Under the pieces are notes generated by a model. The model ran no database searches, had not been told where the DNA came from, and saw only the letters and a list, made by a program, of their open reading frames with translations. From Erysipelotrichaceae bacterium (GTDB taxonomy: Bacteria > Bacillota_I > Bacilli_A > Erysipelotrichales > Erysipelotrichaceae), in contig JAUVVC010000002.1 of NCBI GenBank assembly GCA_030604855.1, positions 90,001-122,000 of the forward strand: a stretch of DNA of 32,000 bases, in the 5' to 3' direction. A program made the position numbers and the translations under genes. Each line of letters opens with the position of its first letter. The stretch's first letter is position 1. Positions 17,963 to 25,955 of the stretch are shown piece after piece.

Positions 17963-18380
17963 CATCGAACAGATCAAAGCAATCATCCCACATCGTTATC
18001 CCTTCTTATTGATCGATCAAGTGGATGCGATCGAAGCCGATGGAACGATTGTGGCTCGTAAAGCCGTAAGCATCAATGAACCCTTTTTTCAAGGTCATTT
18101 TCCCAGTGTCGCCGTCATGCCTGGGGTCTTGATCGTGGAGGCCTTGGCCCAAACAGGGGCTGTGTTGCTCCTATCGCAAGAAGCCTTCAAAGGTCAGATT
18201 GCCTATTTTGCAGGCATCGATCAAGTCCGCTTCAAACAAATCGTTCGACCTGGGGATGTCCTGATGCTTAAAGTCAAACTGACAAAACAACGAGGATCCA
18301 TTGGTTTCGCCCATGCGGAAGCGCATGTCGATGGGAAAATGGTTTGTACGGGTGAATTGATGTTCAAGGTAGGGGCTTAG
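17952..18380 (+). CDS. fabZ: 3-hydroxyacyl-ACP dehydratase
   Basis: 142 aa with [11 protein letters not shown]-type N-terminus ([11 protein letters not shown]), FQGHFP...[11 protein letters not shown] hot-dog motif. 11-nt overlap with fabF. Confidence 0.93.
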   Translation: MLYNIEQIKAIIPHRYPFLLIDQVDAIEADGTIVARKAVSINEPFFQGHFPSVAVMPGVLIVEALAQTGAVLLLSQEAFKGQIAYFAGIDQVRFKQIVRPGDVLMLKVKLTKQRGSIGFAHAEAHVDGKMVCTGELMFKVGA

Positions 18381-19055
18381 ATGAATCCGCTTCAGTGGTT
18401 CGTGCTTCTTGCGTACTTTCCGATTCTGTATCTTCAATCGTTCAAAGTGCGCAATGCGGATTTCGAAACACGTTTTCGTTACTTGCAGAAGCTGTGCCAA
18501 AACTTACTTAAGGTCATGGGTATTGAGTTGGAGCTAAATGTCTCCACAAAGATTGATGTGAACGACACTTACTTTCTGGTGTCGAATCATCAAGGAACTT
18601 TTGACCCCATTTTGATCATGGCTTCCAGTCCATTCACTCACAGCTTCATCTCAAAAAAAGAGAATCTTAAGATTCCTGTGGTCAAGACTTGGGGTCGTTT
18701 GATTGAGTTCATTACGTTTGATCGCACGAACTTTGAGCAGAACGTGGCGATGTTGCGTCAAGCGACACGAACGCTAAAGGAAGGACGCTCACTTTTGATT
18801 TTTCCTGAGGGAACACGATCCAGAGGAGAAGCCTTGTTGCCATTCAAAGAAAAAGCACTGAGCCCGGCGTATTTTGCGAAGCGGGGGATCGTGCCTTTAA
18901 GTCTGAAGAATGCCTATCGATTAGACAAGTTCGGATTCAAGCGAGTCAAGATCACTTTGACCTATCATGACCCCATCGACACTCCGAACTTAAGTCAACT
19001 GACGTATGCGGAAGCGGCAGAGGCTTTACAGAAAATCATTGGTTCTGCTGTTTAA
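18381..19055 (+). CDS. plsC: 1-acyl-sn-glycerol-3-phosphate acyltransferase (LPLAT family)
   Basis: Acyltransferase motif I NHQGTFD (HX4D) and motif III FPEGTRS. The ATG immediately follows the fabZ TAG. Confidence 0.8.
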   Translation: MNPLQWFVLLAYFPILYLQSFKVRNADFETRFRYLQKLCQNLLKVMGIELELNVSTKIDVNDTYFLVSNHQGTFDPILIMASSPFTHSFISKKENLKIPVVKTWGRLIEFITFDRTNFEQNVAMLRQATRTLKEGRSLLIFPEGTRSRGEALLPFKEKALSPAYFAKRGIVPLSLKNAYRLDKFGFKRVKITLTYHDPIDTPNLSQLTYAEAAEALQKIIGSAV

Positions 19056-19507
19056 TCGATTTTCATCTCGATCAATTCATATGCGGGTATGGGTTCATGA
19101 CTGACCACGACGCAACAATACGCTTCATCGATATCGAGGGACTTCCAATACTCAGTGCTGATGTTTTTAAATAAGTAATGTTTGTCATCGTAGAGTTTGA
19201 TCAAGGCTTCCTTCAAACACCAGCTTAAAATGGGGTTTTCGGAATCAAGGTCAAACTTTTTTATCAGTTCAGATTTCAATGGTCTTATTTTTTCAAGATC
19301 GATCCCGATGGCCTGTGTGCTGTGGGCGATGATCAGGTATGCATGACTGTGTGTGACAGACAGATGACCTCGTTCACAGATGGGTTTACCATTTTGTGAG
19401 TAACTTATGGAACCCCAGTCATACACCATCGCAAGCTTTTTGAGGAGTGCACTGGAACTGTTGTTTTTAAAGTGTTCAACTGTGTTTTGATAAAGGAAGA
19501 TTTTCAT
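19052..19507 (-). CDS. 4'-phosphopantetheinyl transferase, short Sfp-type
   Basis: 151 aa with the motifs in Sfp order: NGKP...LSVTHSH...AIGIDLEKI...WCLKEALIKL (GKP / SxSHS / GxDxE / WxxKEAxxK). Confidence 0.7.
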   Translation of the reverse strand: MKIFLYQNTVEHFKNNSSSALLKKLAMVYDWGSISYSQNGKPICERGHLSVTHSHAYLIIAHSTQAIGIDLEKIRPLKSELIKKFDLDSENPILSWCLKEALIKLYDDKHYLFKNISTEYWKSLDIDEAYCCVVVSHEPIPAYELIEMKID

Positions 19508-19536
19508 ACCACTAGCTTAACACATGCCTAAAAACA

Positions 19537-19564
19537 TTGCATAAATCCATGCATCCTGTATAAT
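19537..19564 (+). promoter_or_regulatory. Putative sigma-A promoter of speD-speE-HAD
   Basis: TTGCAT (19537-19542), a 16-nt spacer, then TATAAT (19559-19564), 30 nt upstream of the speD ATG. Confidence 0.5.
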
Positions 19565-19594
19565 TGTAACGTATTTCAGAAAGGGTAAAGTGAA

Positions 19595-20419
19595 ATGAAA
19601 AAAATCGCTTTGTATGGCTTCAACAACCTTACAAAAACATGTAGTTTCAATATTTATGACATCTGTTATGCTAAAACAGAAGAAGAACGAAAAGAATATT
19701 TGGCCTATATTGATGAACAATATAATTCAACGCGCTTGACCAAGATTCTTACGGACGTCACAGGGTTGATTGGAGCGCATGTCTTGAATATCGCAAAACA
19801 AGACTATGATCCCCAAGGCGCCAGCGTGACCATCTTGATTAGCGAAGAACCGATCGATGAAAAGTATTTGGATGCGTCCTGTAATGTGGCAAAATTAGAG
19901 AATGGCGTGGTGACTCCCCGTACGGTCTTGGGTCACTTGGACAAGAGCCATGTGACGGTGCATACCTATCCGGAATATCATCCCAATCATGAGATCTCAA
20001 CCTTCAGAGTCGACATCGATGTATCGACCTGTGGTCGTATCTCACCGCTTAAGGCCTTGGATTATCTCATTGCCAGCTTTGATTCCGATATCATTACGAT
20101 TGACTATCGTGTGCGTGGTTTCACACGGGGCTTGGATGGGAAGAAATTCTTTATCGATCATGACATCAACTCGATTCAAAACTTCATAGCTAAACCAACT
20201 TTGGAGCGTTATCACAAGATCGATGTGAATGTATATGAATCCAATATTTTCCATACCAAGATGATGCTAAAAGAGATTAATCTTGAAAATTATTTGTTTA
20301 CCAGTGAAATTGATTCGATCAGTGAGGATGACCAAGCTCAAATGGTTGAGCTCGTCCACCATGAGATGACCGAGATTTTCAATGGACGCAATATCTATAC
20401 AAAGGAGGAAGAGGCTTAA
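19595..20419 (+). CDS. speD: S-adenosylmethionine decarboxylase proenzyme, long E. coli-type (class 1B)
   Basis: Near-collinear with E. coli SpeD as I recall it: [41 protein letters not shown], self-processing site [14 protein letters not shown], and DYRVRGFTR. Confidence 0.88.
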   Translation: MKKIALYGFNNLTKTCSFNIYDICYAKTEEERKEYLAYIDEQYNSTRLTKILTDVTGLIGAHVLNIAKQDYDPQGASVTILISEEPIDEKYLDASCNVAKLENGVVTPRTVLGHLDKSHVTVHTYPEYHPNHEISTFRVDIDVSTCGRISPLKALDYLIASFDSDIITIDYRVRGFTRGLDGKKFFIDHDINSIQNFIAKPTLERYHKIDVNVYESNIFHTKMMLKEINLENYLFTSEIDSISEDDQAQMVELVHHEMTEIFNGRNIYTKEEEA

Positions 20420-21279
20420 TGGATCTTTGGTACAGTGAATTCCATGCGGATACAGTCAAGTTTTCAATTCAAATTGAGAAACAATTGTTAAGTAAAAAAA
20501 GTTCTTTCCAGCAGATTGATGTGTTTGAGTCCAAAGAGCTTGGACGCTTCTTCACACTCGATGGCTATGTGATGATCACCGAGAAAGATGAGTTCATCTA
20601 TCACGACATGATCGTGCATGTGCCGATGCATGTGAATCCAAAAATCAAGAAAGTATTGGTTATTGGAGCAGGTGATGGGGGTACGGTTCGTGAATTATGT
20701 CGCTACCCTCATATAGAACATATTGACATGGTTGAAATCGATGAGATGGTCGTTCAGGTTTGTGAGGAATACTTCCCCATTACCGCAAGTAAATTGCGTG
20801 ACCCACGTGTTCATCTTTATTTTGAAGATGGCTTGAAATTCGTCGCGAACAAGAAGAATGCCTATGATCTGATCATCGTGGATTCCACCGATCCCTTTGG
20901 GCCAGGTGAAGGCTTGTTCACACGCAGTTTCTATCAAGACTGTCATGCGGCTTTGAATGAGAAGGGGATTTTGGTCAATCAACACGAAAGTCCTTTCTAC
21001 GATCATTATCGAAAAAACATGCAGCGGGCACACAAGCGCATTGTGGAGACCTTTGCGATTGCGAAGGTCTATCAAGCTTTTATTCCGACTTATGCTTCTG
21101 GGCACTGGTTGTTTGGCTTCGCAAGTAAGCATTTCGATCCGATCTTGGATTTCAAAGCGGATGCTTTTAAAGCGTTGGATTTAAAGACCAGGTATTACAA
21201 TGAGGACATTCATCGTGCTTCATTCGCACTGCCAAATTATGTTAAAGAGGCTTTAGCTGAAGGATTGAAAGATGAGTAG
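20419..21279 (+). CDS. speE: Spermidine synthase (aminopropyltransferase)
   Basis: VLVIGAGDGGTVRE, VEIDEMVV and DSTDPFGPGEGLF motifs. TAATG overlap with speD. Confidence 0.92.
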   Translation: MDLWYSEFHADTVKFSIQIEKQLLSKKSSFQQIDVFESKELGRFFTLDGYVMITEKDEFIYHDMIVHVPMHVNPKIKKVLVIGAGDGGTVRELCRYPHIEHIDMVEIDEMVVQVCEEYFPITASKLRDPRVHLYFEDGLKFVANKKNAYDLIIVDSTDPFGPGEGLFTRSFYQDCHAALNEKGILVNQHESPFYDHYRKNMQRAHKRIVETFAIAKVYQAFIPTYASGHWLFGFASKHFDPILDFKADAFKALDLKTRYYNEDIHRASFALPNYVKEALAEGLKDE

Positions 21280-21988
21280 TCTGAATACCATTCTATTTGA
21301 TTTGGATGGGACCTTATTGCCGATTGATGGTCAAGCGTTTGAACAGATCTATTTTGGCAATTTGGCAAAACAATTCATGGATGTTTATGAACCCAAGACC
21401 TTGATTCAATTGATCTGGTCGGCGACCAAAGCGATGGTCAAGGACACCAGTGAACGAACCAATGAAGTTGTCTTCATGGAAAACCTACAACAGCTTGTTG
21501 GTTCGGATATCACATGGATGCAAACGCGTTTCGAACGTTTCTATGAAACGGATTTCGATCATTTACGTGCGGCTGTCACACCCAATCCGAATATCTTGGA
21601 AGCGGTTAGGATTTTAAAGGAAAAAGGTTATCAGTGCGTCATCGTGACCAATCCGATGTTTCCTAAGCTGGCGATTGAGAAGCGGATCGCGTGGACGGGT
21701 TTGAATCGTGATGATTTCAGCTATGTGACTTCGTTTGAGAAGAATACAGCCTGCAAACCTCAGTTGAAACTTTATGAGGAAGTCTTAAGAGAATTGGATT
21801 TGAGTGTTGAAGAGTGTATGATGGTCGGCAATGACATCGAAGAAGATATGGTTGTGGCGAAGATGGGAATGGATCATTACTTGATCACCAATCATGTCAT
21901 GCAGGAGGATGTCATTCCTGATTTCGTGAAAAGATCTGGTGATTATGCGGATTTCTTAAATTTTGTGAAGGAACTTAAACCTCTTTAA
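21272..21988 (+). CDS. HAD-IA family hydrolase
   Basis: Motif I LFDLDGTL, motif II VTNP, motif IV VGNDIEEDM. 8-nt overlap with speE. Confidence 0.8.
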   Translation: MSSLNTILFDLDGTLLPIDGQAFEQIYFGNLAKQFMDVYEPKTLIQLIWSATKAMVKDTSERTNEVVFMENLQQLVGSDITWMQTRFERFYETDFDHLRAAVTPNPNILEAVRILKEKGYQCVIVTNPMFPKLAIEKRIAWTGLNRDDFSYVTSFEKNTACKPQLKLYEEVLRELDLSVEECMMVGNDIEEDMVVAKMGMDHYLITNHVMQEDVIPDFVKRSGDYADFLNFVKELKPL

Positions 21989-22005
21989 TTGAAGAGGTTT
22001 TTCTT
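21977..22005 (+). terminator. Rho-independent terminator after the speD-speE-HAD operon
   Basis: AAACCTCTT (21977-21985) / AAGAGGTTT (21992-22000), 6-nt loop containing the TAA stop, then TTCTT. Confidence 0.7.
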
Positions 22006-22045
22006 GAGCTGAAAAAAGGGTATGATTGTGATAGGAGGATACCAT

Positions 22046-22444
22046 ATGCCCTTGATCAAACATACGCCACACAAATCGTCGATGGGAATTCAAGCGAATA
22101 TCGTTATCTTAATCATATGGTTTGGAGGCTTTGTCGTCAGTCTCATCGAGCCGATTGCGATGTTTGCCTTCGCGGTTCCTTTTGTGATTCTATTCTTAGA
22201 GAAGGACAGTAATTTGGTTCGCTCACATGCGATCCAAGCAATCAGTCTGTACATCATCAACATCATCTTGAGTATCCTGTTGACGGTCATTCCTTTTTTG
22301 GTGTTTTTATTCTTCATCGTTGCCATTGTAGAATTGGCGTTGATCGTCGTTGCGGCATTCAAAGGCTGGTATTATCATGAATATGAACTGCCTTTGATCC
22401 AACCCTTGGCAAAATGGGTCAGTAGTGTCTTTTTAAGAGTCTGA
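22046..22444 (+). CDS. DUF4870-like small integral membrane protein
   Basis: 132 aa with 3-4 TM segments and the LEKDSNLVRSHAIQAISL motif that I associate with DUF4870. ATG at 22046 follows an AGGAGGA SD. Confidence 0.6.
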   Translation: MPLIKHTPHKSSMGIQANIVILIIWFGGFVVSLIEPIAMFAFAVPFVILFLEKDSNLVRSHAIQAISLYIINIILSILLTVIPFLVFLFFIVAIVELALIVVAAFKGWYYHEYELPLIQPLAKWVSSVFLRV

Positions 22445-22469
22445 TAGAAAGTGATTCATCTGTGTGAAC

Positions 22470-23840
22470 ATGAAACCAATTCGATATACCTTTGCGTTTG
22501 TCGTGAGTCGACTTACGATCATCGCTTTAAGAATCCTAGGTCGTAACGGAACGCATTTTCCGGGTGCGGTCGCGATGCGCTTGTGTCCCGATTTCATCCA
22601 ACATCTCCCCCAACCTAAGAAGTTGATTGCCATCACGGGAACCAATGGCAAGACGACGGTGACCAATCTTGTCAGTGATGTGCTAAAGAATGCCGGCTAC
22701 AGCTTGTCCAACAATGCCATGGGATCGAACATCCAAGAAGGCATCATCGTGACGGCGATTTTAGCGAGTTCTTTTTTCGGAGATAAAAGTGTTGTGGATG
22801 TGGTGGTGTTGGAAGTGGATGAGCGGATATCCCCCCGGATCTATCCTTATTTGAAACCGGATGTTCTGATCGTGACCAATCTGTTTCGGGATTCCTATCG
22901 ACGCAATGCGCATGTTGAGTTCATTCAGATGATGTTGGAACAAGCCATTCCTTCACACACGCAATTGATTGTGAATGCGGATGATCCCATCAGTTCTTTT
23001 CTATGTCCTGGCAATCCCCGGATCAGTTTCAGCTTGAAAGCTTTGGAAGGTGAGGAGCAAATCAAAGACAGTCGCATCGTTGATTTAGTTTACTGTCCGA
23101 AGTGTCAAAGCGAATTGAATTATGATTTCCAACGTTACCATCATATCGGACAAGTTCATTGTCCAAGTTGTGATTTCAAATCGATGTATCCGGATATCGA
23201 AGCAAACATCAACCATAAAAAGCTCAATGTTCAATACATGAATCAAAATCTAAGTTTCGATGTCTTGGGTGATAATCCAACCGATCATTACAATCTTTTA
23301 GCGAGCATTGCTTTGTTCAGTGTCTTGGGCTTTGATCTTGAAGGAATTCAAACAGAGTTGAACAAGCTCAAGATTGTCAAGACACGTTTCGATCAAGTCG
23401 AAGTCAAAGGGAAACAGATCACGATCATGATGACCAAGGATCAGAATCCGATTGCGACTTCACGTATCTTTGATTACATTCGTCACCAAAACGATCGCAA
23501 ATGCGCTTTGATTCTGATCAATGAGAACAGTGAGCATCATACTTTGAGTGAAAACAATGCTTGGTATTACGATACGGATTTTGACTATTTGAAACAGGAT
23601 CATGTCCTACAGATCATTGGGGGTGGACATCGTATCTTGGATTTGAAAGTCAAAATCGCTTTGACGGGCATTCCCTTAGATCATTATCGTTCGACTTCAA
23701 ATGAGTTGGACACATCCAGACTTGTGGATCTTGACTTGGTCGATGCGATCTATATTTTGAATGGAACCAAAAACATTCCTGAAGCCAAACAGATTCGCAA
23801 GCACTTGATAGAACGAATCGAAGCGGAGGTGCAGGCATGA
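22470..23840 (+). CDS. murT: MurT-like Mur-ligase family protein (lipid II isoglutaminyl synthase ligase-subunit homologue)
   Basis: P-loop ITGTNGKTTVTNL, VTNLFRDS, NADDP and the MurT-specific Cys4 ribbon CPKC...CPSC, plus a DUF1727-like C-terminus ending in WYYDTDFDYL. The start is ATG 22470 (GTG 22464 is possible), with no clear SD. Confidence 0.8.
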   Translation: MKPIRYTFAFVVSRLTIIALRILGRNGTHFPGAVAMRLCPDFIQHLPQPKKLIAITGTNGKTTVTNLVSDVLKNAGYSLSNNAMGSNIQEGIIVTAILASSFFGDKSVVDVVVLEVDERISPRIYPYLKPDVLIVTNLFRDSYRRNAHVEFIQMMLEQAIPSHTQLIVNADDPISSFLCPGNPRISFSLKALEGEEQIKDSRIVDLVYCPKCQSELNYDFQRYHHIGQVHCPSCDFKSMYPDIEANINHKKLNVQYMNQNLSFDVLGDNPTDHYNLLASIALFSVLGFDLEGIQTELNKLKIVKTRFDQVEVKGKQITIMMTKDQNPIATSRIFDYIRHQNDRKCALILINENSEHHTLSENNAWYYDTDFDYLKQDHVLQIIGGGHRILDLKVKIALTGIPLDHYRSTSNELDTSRLVDLDLVDAIYILNGTKNIPEAKQIRKHLIERIEAEVQA

Positions 23841-24550
23841 TCATCGAAATGCTTTATCCTGAAATCGCCAGTCTGTATGGTGAGAAAGGGAACTTGGATT
23901 TATTGAGACTTTGCTTTCCGGAAGCTGAGTTTAAAATGACAAAGTTGAATGAGGAGCCTTATTTTGTGAAACATCCGGTGGATCTGATCGTGATGGGCCC
24001 AACAACAGAGGATTTTCAAAAACACATCATCAAACGATTGACTCCCTATGTAGATCGTATTCAAAACCTGATCGATGCGAACGTACATTTCTGGATGACG
24101 GGCAATGCGATGGATCTCTTTGGGAAATTCATTGAAGATGAAGAGGGGAATCGTTTCTTAGGCTTGGGTTTGTTTGACTATCACGCTCGTTTGTATCGTC
24201 CTAAGCGCTTCAATTCTTATGTATTGGGTAAGGTTCAAAATATGGAAGTCATTGGTTTCAAGAGCCAGTTCAGCCAGATATTCTCGACCCAAGAATTGAA
24301 TTCATGGCTCAAAGTGGAACGTGGTTTTGGATTGAATGAGAAGACAATGGAAGAAGGCATCAAAGTTCATAATTTCATTGGAACACAGTGCTTAGGACCA
24401 TTTTGGATCTTGAATCCAGACTTTACGCTTTTGTATTTCAAAGAACTGGGTTATGCGAATGACGAGCTTCCGTTCCATGCGGAGATGATGGATGCTTATC
24501 GTCAACGTGTTTTAGAGTTCAAAGATGAGAAATTCATCAATTATCCATGA
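23837..24550 (+). CDS. GatD-like (CobQ/GATase_3-type) protein lacking the canonical Cys/His; probable pseudo-glutaminase partner of the MurT-like ligase
   Basis: 237 aa with an ATGA overlap on the MurT-like gene. Collinear with my recollection of S. aureus GatD (DLIVMGP.. vs DIFFIGGG, GFKSQ vs GFENH, EGIKVHNFIGTQCLGP vs EGIHYKNLLGTYLHGP). The nucleophile elbow reads WMTGNAMDLFG and the His position reads Leu. Confidence 0.7.
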   Translation: MIIEMLYPEIASLYGEKGNLDLLRLCFPEAEFKMTKLNEEPYFVKHPVDLIVMGPTTEDFQKHIIKRLTPYVDRIQNLIDANVHFWMTGNAMDLFGKFIEDEEGNRFLGLGLFDYHARLYRPKRFNSYVLGKVQNMEVIGFKSQFSQIFSTQELNSWLKVERGFGLNEKTMEEGIKVHNFIGTQCLGPFWILNPDFTLLYFKELGYANDELPFHAEMMDAYRQRVLEFKDEKFINYP

Positions 24551-24618
24551 TTGATGAGTATCGTGAATGTATTTCGTTTTTTGAAGGTTTATAATGAGTG
24601 TGGAAGTGAGGAAATACG

Positions 24619-25830
24619 ATGTACAACACACATGAAATCACACCGGGTTTGCATTGGATCGGAGGCAACGATCGTCGTTTGGAACGTTTCGAGAATCTTT
24701 TTCCTTTGCGCTTTGGGGTCGCTTATAATTCTTTTTTAATCGTCGATGAAAAGACCTGCCTAATGGATACGGTCGATTTATCCATCAGCCAACTGTATTT
24801 AGAGAATGTCGAACATGTCTTGAATGGTCGCAACTTGGATTATCTCGTGGTTAATCACATGGAGCCCGATCATTGCGGCAACATCGAATCGATCATTCGA
24901 CGGTATCCGGATGTACGTTTCATCGGCAATGCGAAGACCTTTCAGTTTTTTGAGCAATTCTATGGCTTTGATGCACGCAAGAACTATCAAATGGTCAAGG
25001 ACCAAGAAGAGCTTGATTTAGGCTCGCGGACCTTACGCTTCTATACCGCTCCGATGGTGCATTGGCCAGAGGTCATGATGACCTTGGATGTGACGAATCA
25101 CATTCTCTTCTCCAGTGATGCTTTTGGTACATTTGGAGCGCATAATGGGACGTATTTTGCGGATGAGATGGACTATCGTCGGGATCATTTGGATGAAGCA
25201 CGTCGTTATTATGCCAACATCGTGGGTAAATTCGGCGTACCTGTTCAGGGCATCATGCGTAAGCTGTCCAATGAAATCATCGAGATGATCTGTCCTTTGC
25301 ATGGACCGATGTATCGAGGCGAAGAACTGGCTTTGATTTTGGATAAGTATGAGAAATGGTCGCATTACATTCCTGAAAACAACAGTGCGCTCTTGATCTT
25401 TGGAACCATGTACAACAACACTGAGAATGTCGTGGATGCCTTGGCGACCCGTTTGGGACAATTGGGTGTCCGTAACATGCGCATCTATGATGTGTCGGAA
25501 CACGATCCATCGTATCTTGTGGCGGAAGCATGGAACTACAGTCATATCATCATTGCGTCACCGACCTACAATACGGGATTGTTCTACAAGATCGATGGTT
25601 TGTTGCATGAACTTGTCAGTTTGAATCTTCAGAATCGGAAGTTCTCCGTGGTTGTCAATTCAACCTGGGGAGGTCAGACGTTGGAGCAATTGCTTGAACA
25701 GATCGGTAAGATGAAGAACACTTCGATTGTTGGGGAACCTTTATTGATCAAGTCGACCTTGAAAGATCACAACATGCTTGAGCTTGAAGCCTTGGCAAAG
25801 GATATTGCCGCATCGATATTGAATGAATGA
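24619..25830 (+). CDS. Flavodiiron protein (FprA-type; metallo-beta-lactamase-like domain plus flavodoxin-like domain)
   Basis: Di-iron motif NHMEPDHCG (HxExDH), and a C-terminal flavodoxin-like domain (LIFGTMYNNTE). GTGAGGAAA SD. Confidence 0.88.
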   Translation: MYNTHEITPGLHWIGGNDRRLERFENLFPLRFGVAYNSFLIVDEKTCLMDTVDLSISQLYLENVEHVLNGRNLDYLVVNHMEPDHCGNIESIIRRYPDVRFIGNAKTFQFFEQFYGFDARKNYQMVKDQEELDLGSRTLRFYTAPMVHWPEVMMTLDVTNHILFSSDAFGTFGAHNGTYFADEMDYRRDHLDEARRYYANIVGKFGVPVQGIMRKLSNEIIEMICPLHGPMYRGEELALILDKYEKWSHYIPENNSALLIFGTMYNNTENVVDALATRLGQLGVRNMRIYDVSEHDPSYLVAEAWNYSHIIIASPTYNTGLFYKIDGLLHELVSLNLQNRKFSVVVNSTWGGQTLEQLLEQIGKMKNTSIVGEPLLIKSTLKDHNMLELEALAKDIAASILNE

Positions 25831-25854
25831 GGTCACGTCGTTGACCTCTTTTTT
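25829..25854 (+). terminator. Rho-independent terminator after the flavodiiron gene
   Basis: GAGGTCA (25829-25835) / TGACCTC (25842-25848), 6-nt loop, then T6 (25849-25854). Confidence 0.8.
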
Positions 25855-25902
25855 ATGCATGTGTGTTTTCCTTTTAAAAACAGGCGTTTTTCGATGTCTT
25901 CT

Positions 25903-25931
25903 GTTTTAACAGGGTTTCGCTATGTTAAAAT
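25903..25931 (+). promoter_or_regulatory. Putative extended -10 promoter of the ald operon
   Basis: TGTTAAAAT (25923-25931) with a weak -35 (TTTTAA, around 25904). A CTGTT-tt-AACAG inverted repeat (25901-25912) overlaps the -35. Confidence 0.35.
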
Positions 25932-25955
25932 GAAAGCAAATGTGGAGGACAAACT

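Noticed and set aside
19537-19554. TTGCAT / ATGCAT repeat (TGCAT at 19538 and 19550) in the speD promoter spacer as an operator.
   Set aside because: The match is only 5 bp, in AT-rich promoter DNA, and is easily produced by chance. ATGCAT is a trivially common palindrome.
19595-24550. The idea that speD-speE-HAD and DUF4870-MurT-like-GatD-like form one operon (polyamine supply for a wall-modifying ligase).
   Set aside because: A convincing hairpin/T-tract terminator (21977-22005) separates them, and the adjacency could be coincidental. It is kept only as weak context in the MurT/GatD finding.
24551-24739. 62-aa ORF between gatD-like and the flavodiiron gene.
   Set aside because: It overlaps the well-supported flavodiiron start (24619, good SD) in another frame. 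It has a TTG start, no SD and no recognisable features.
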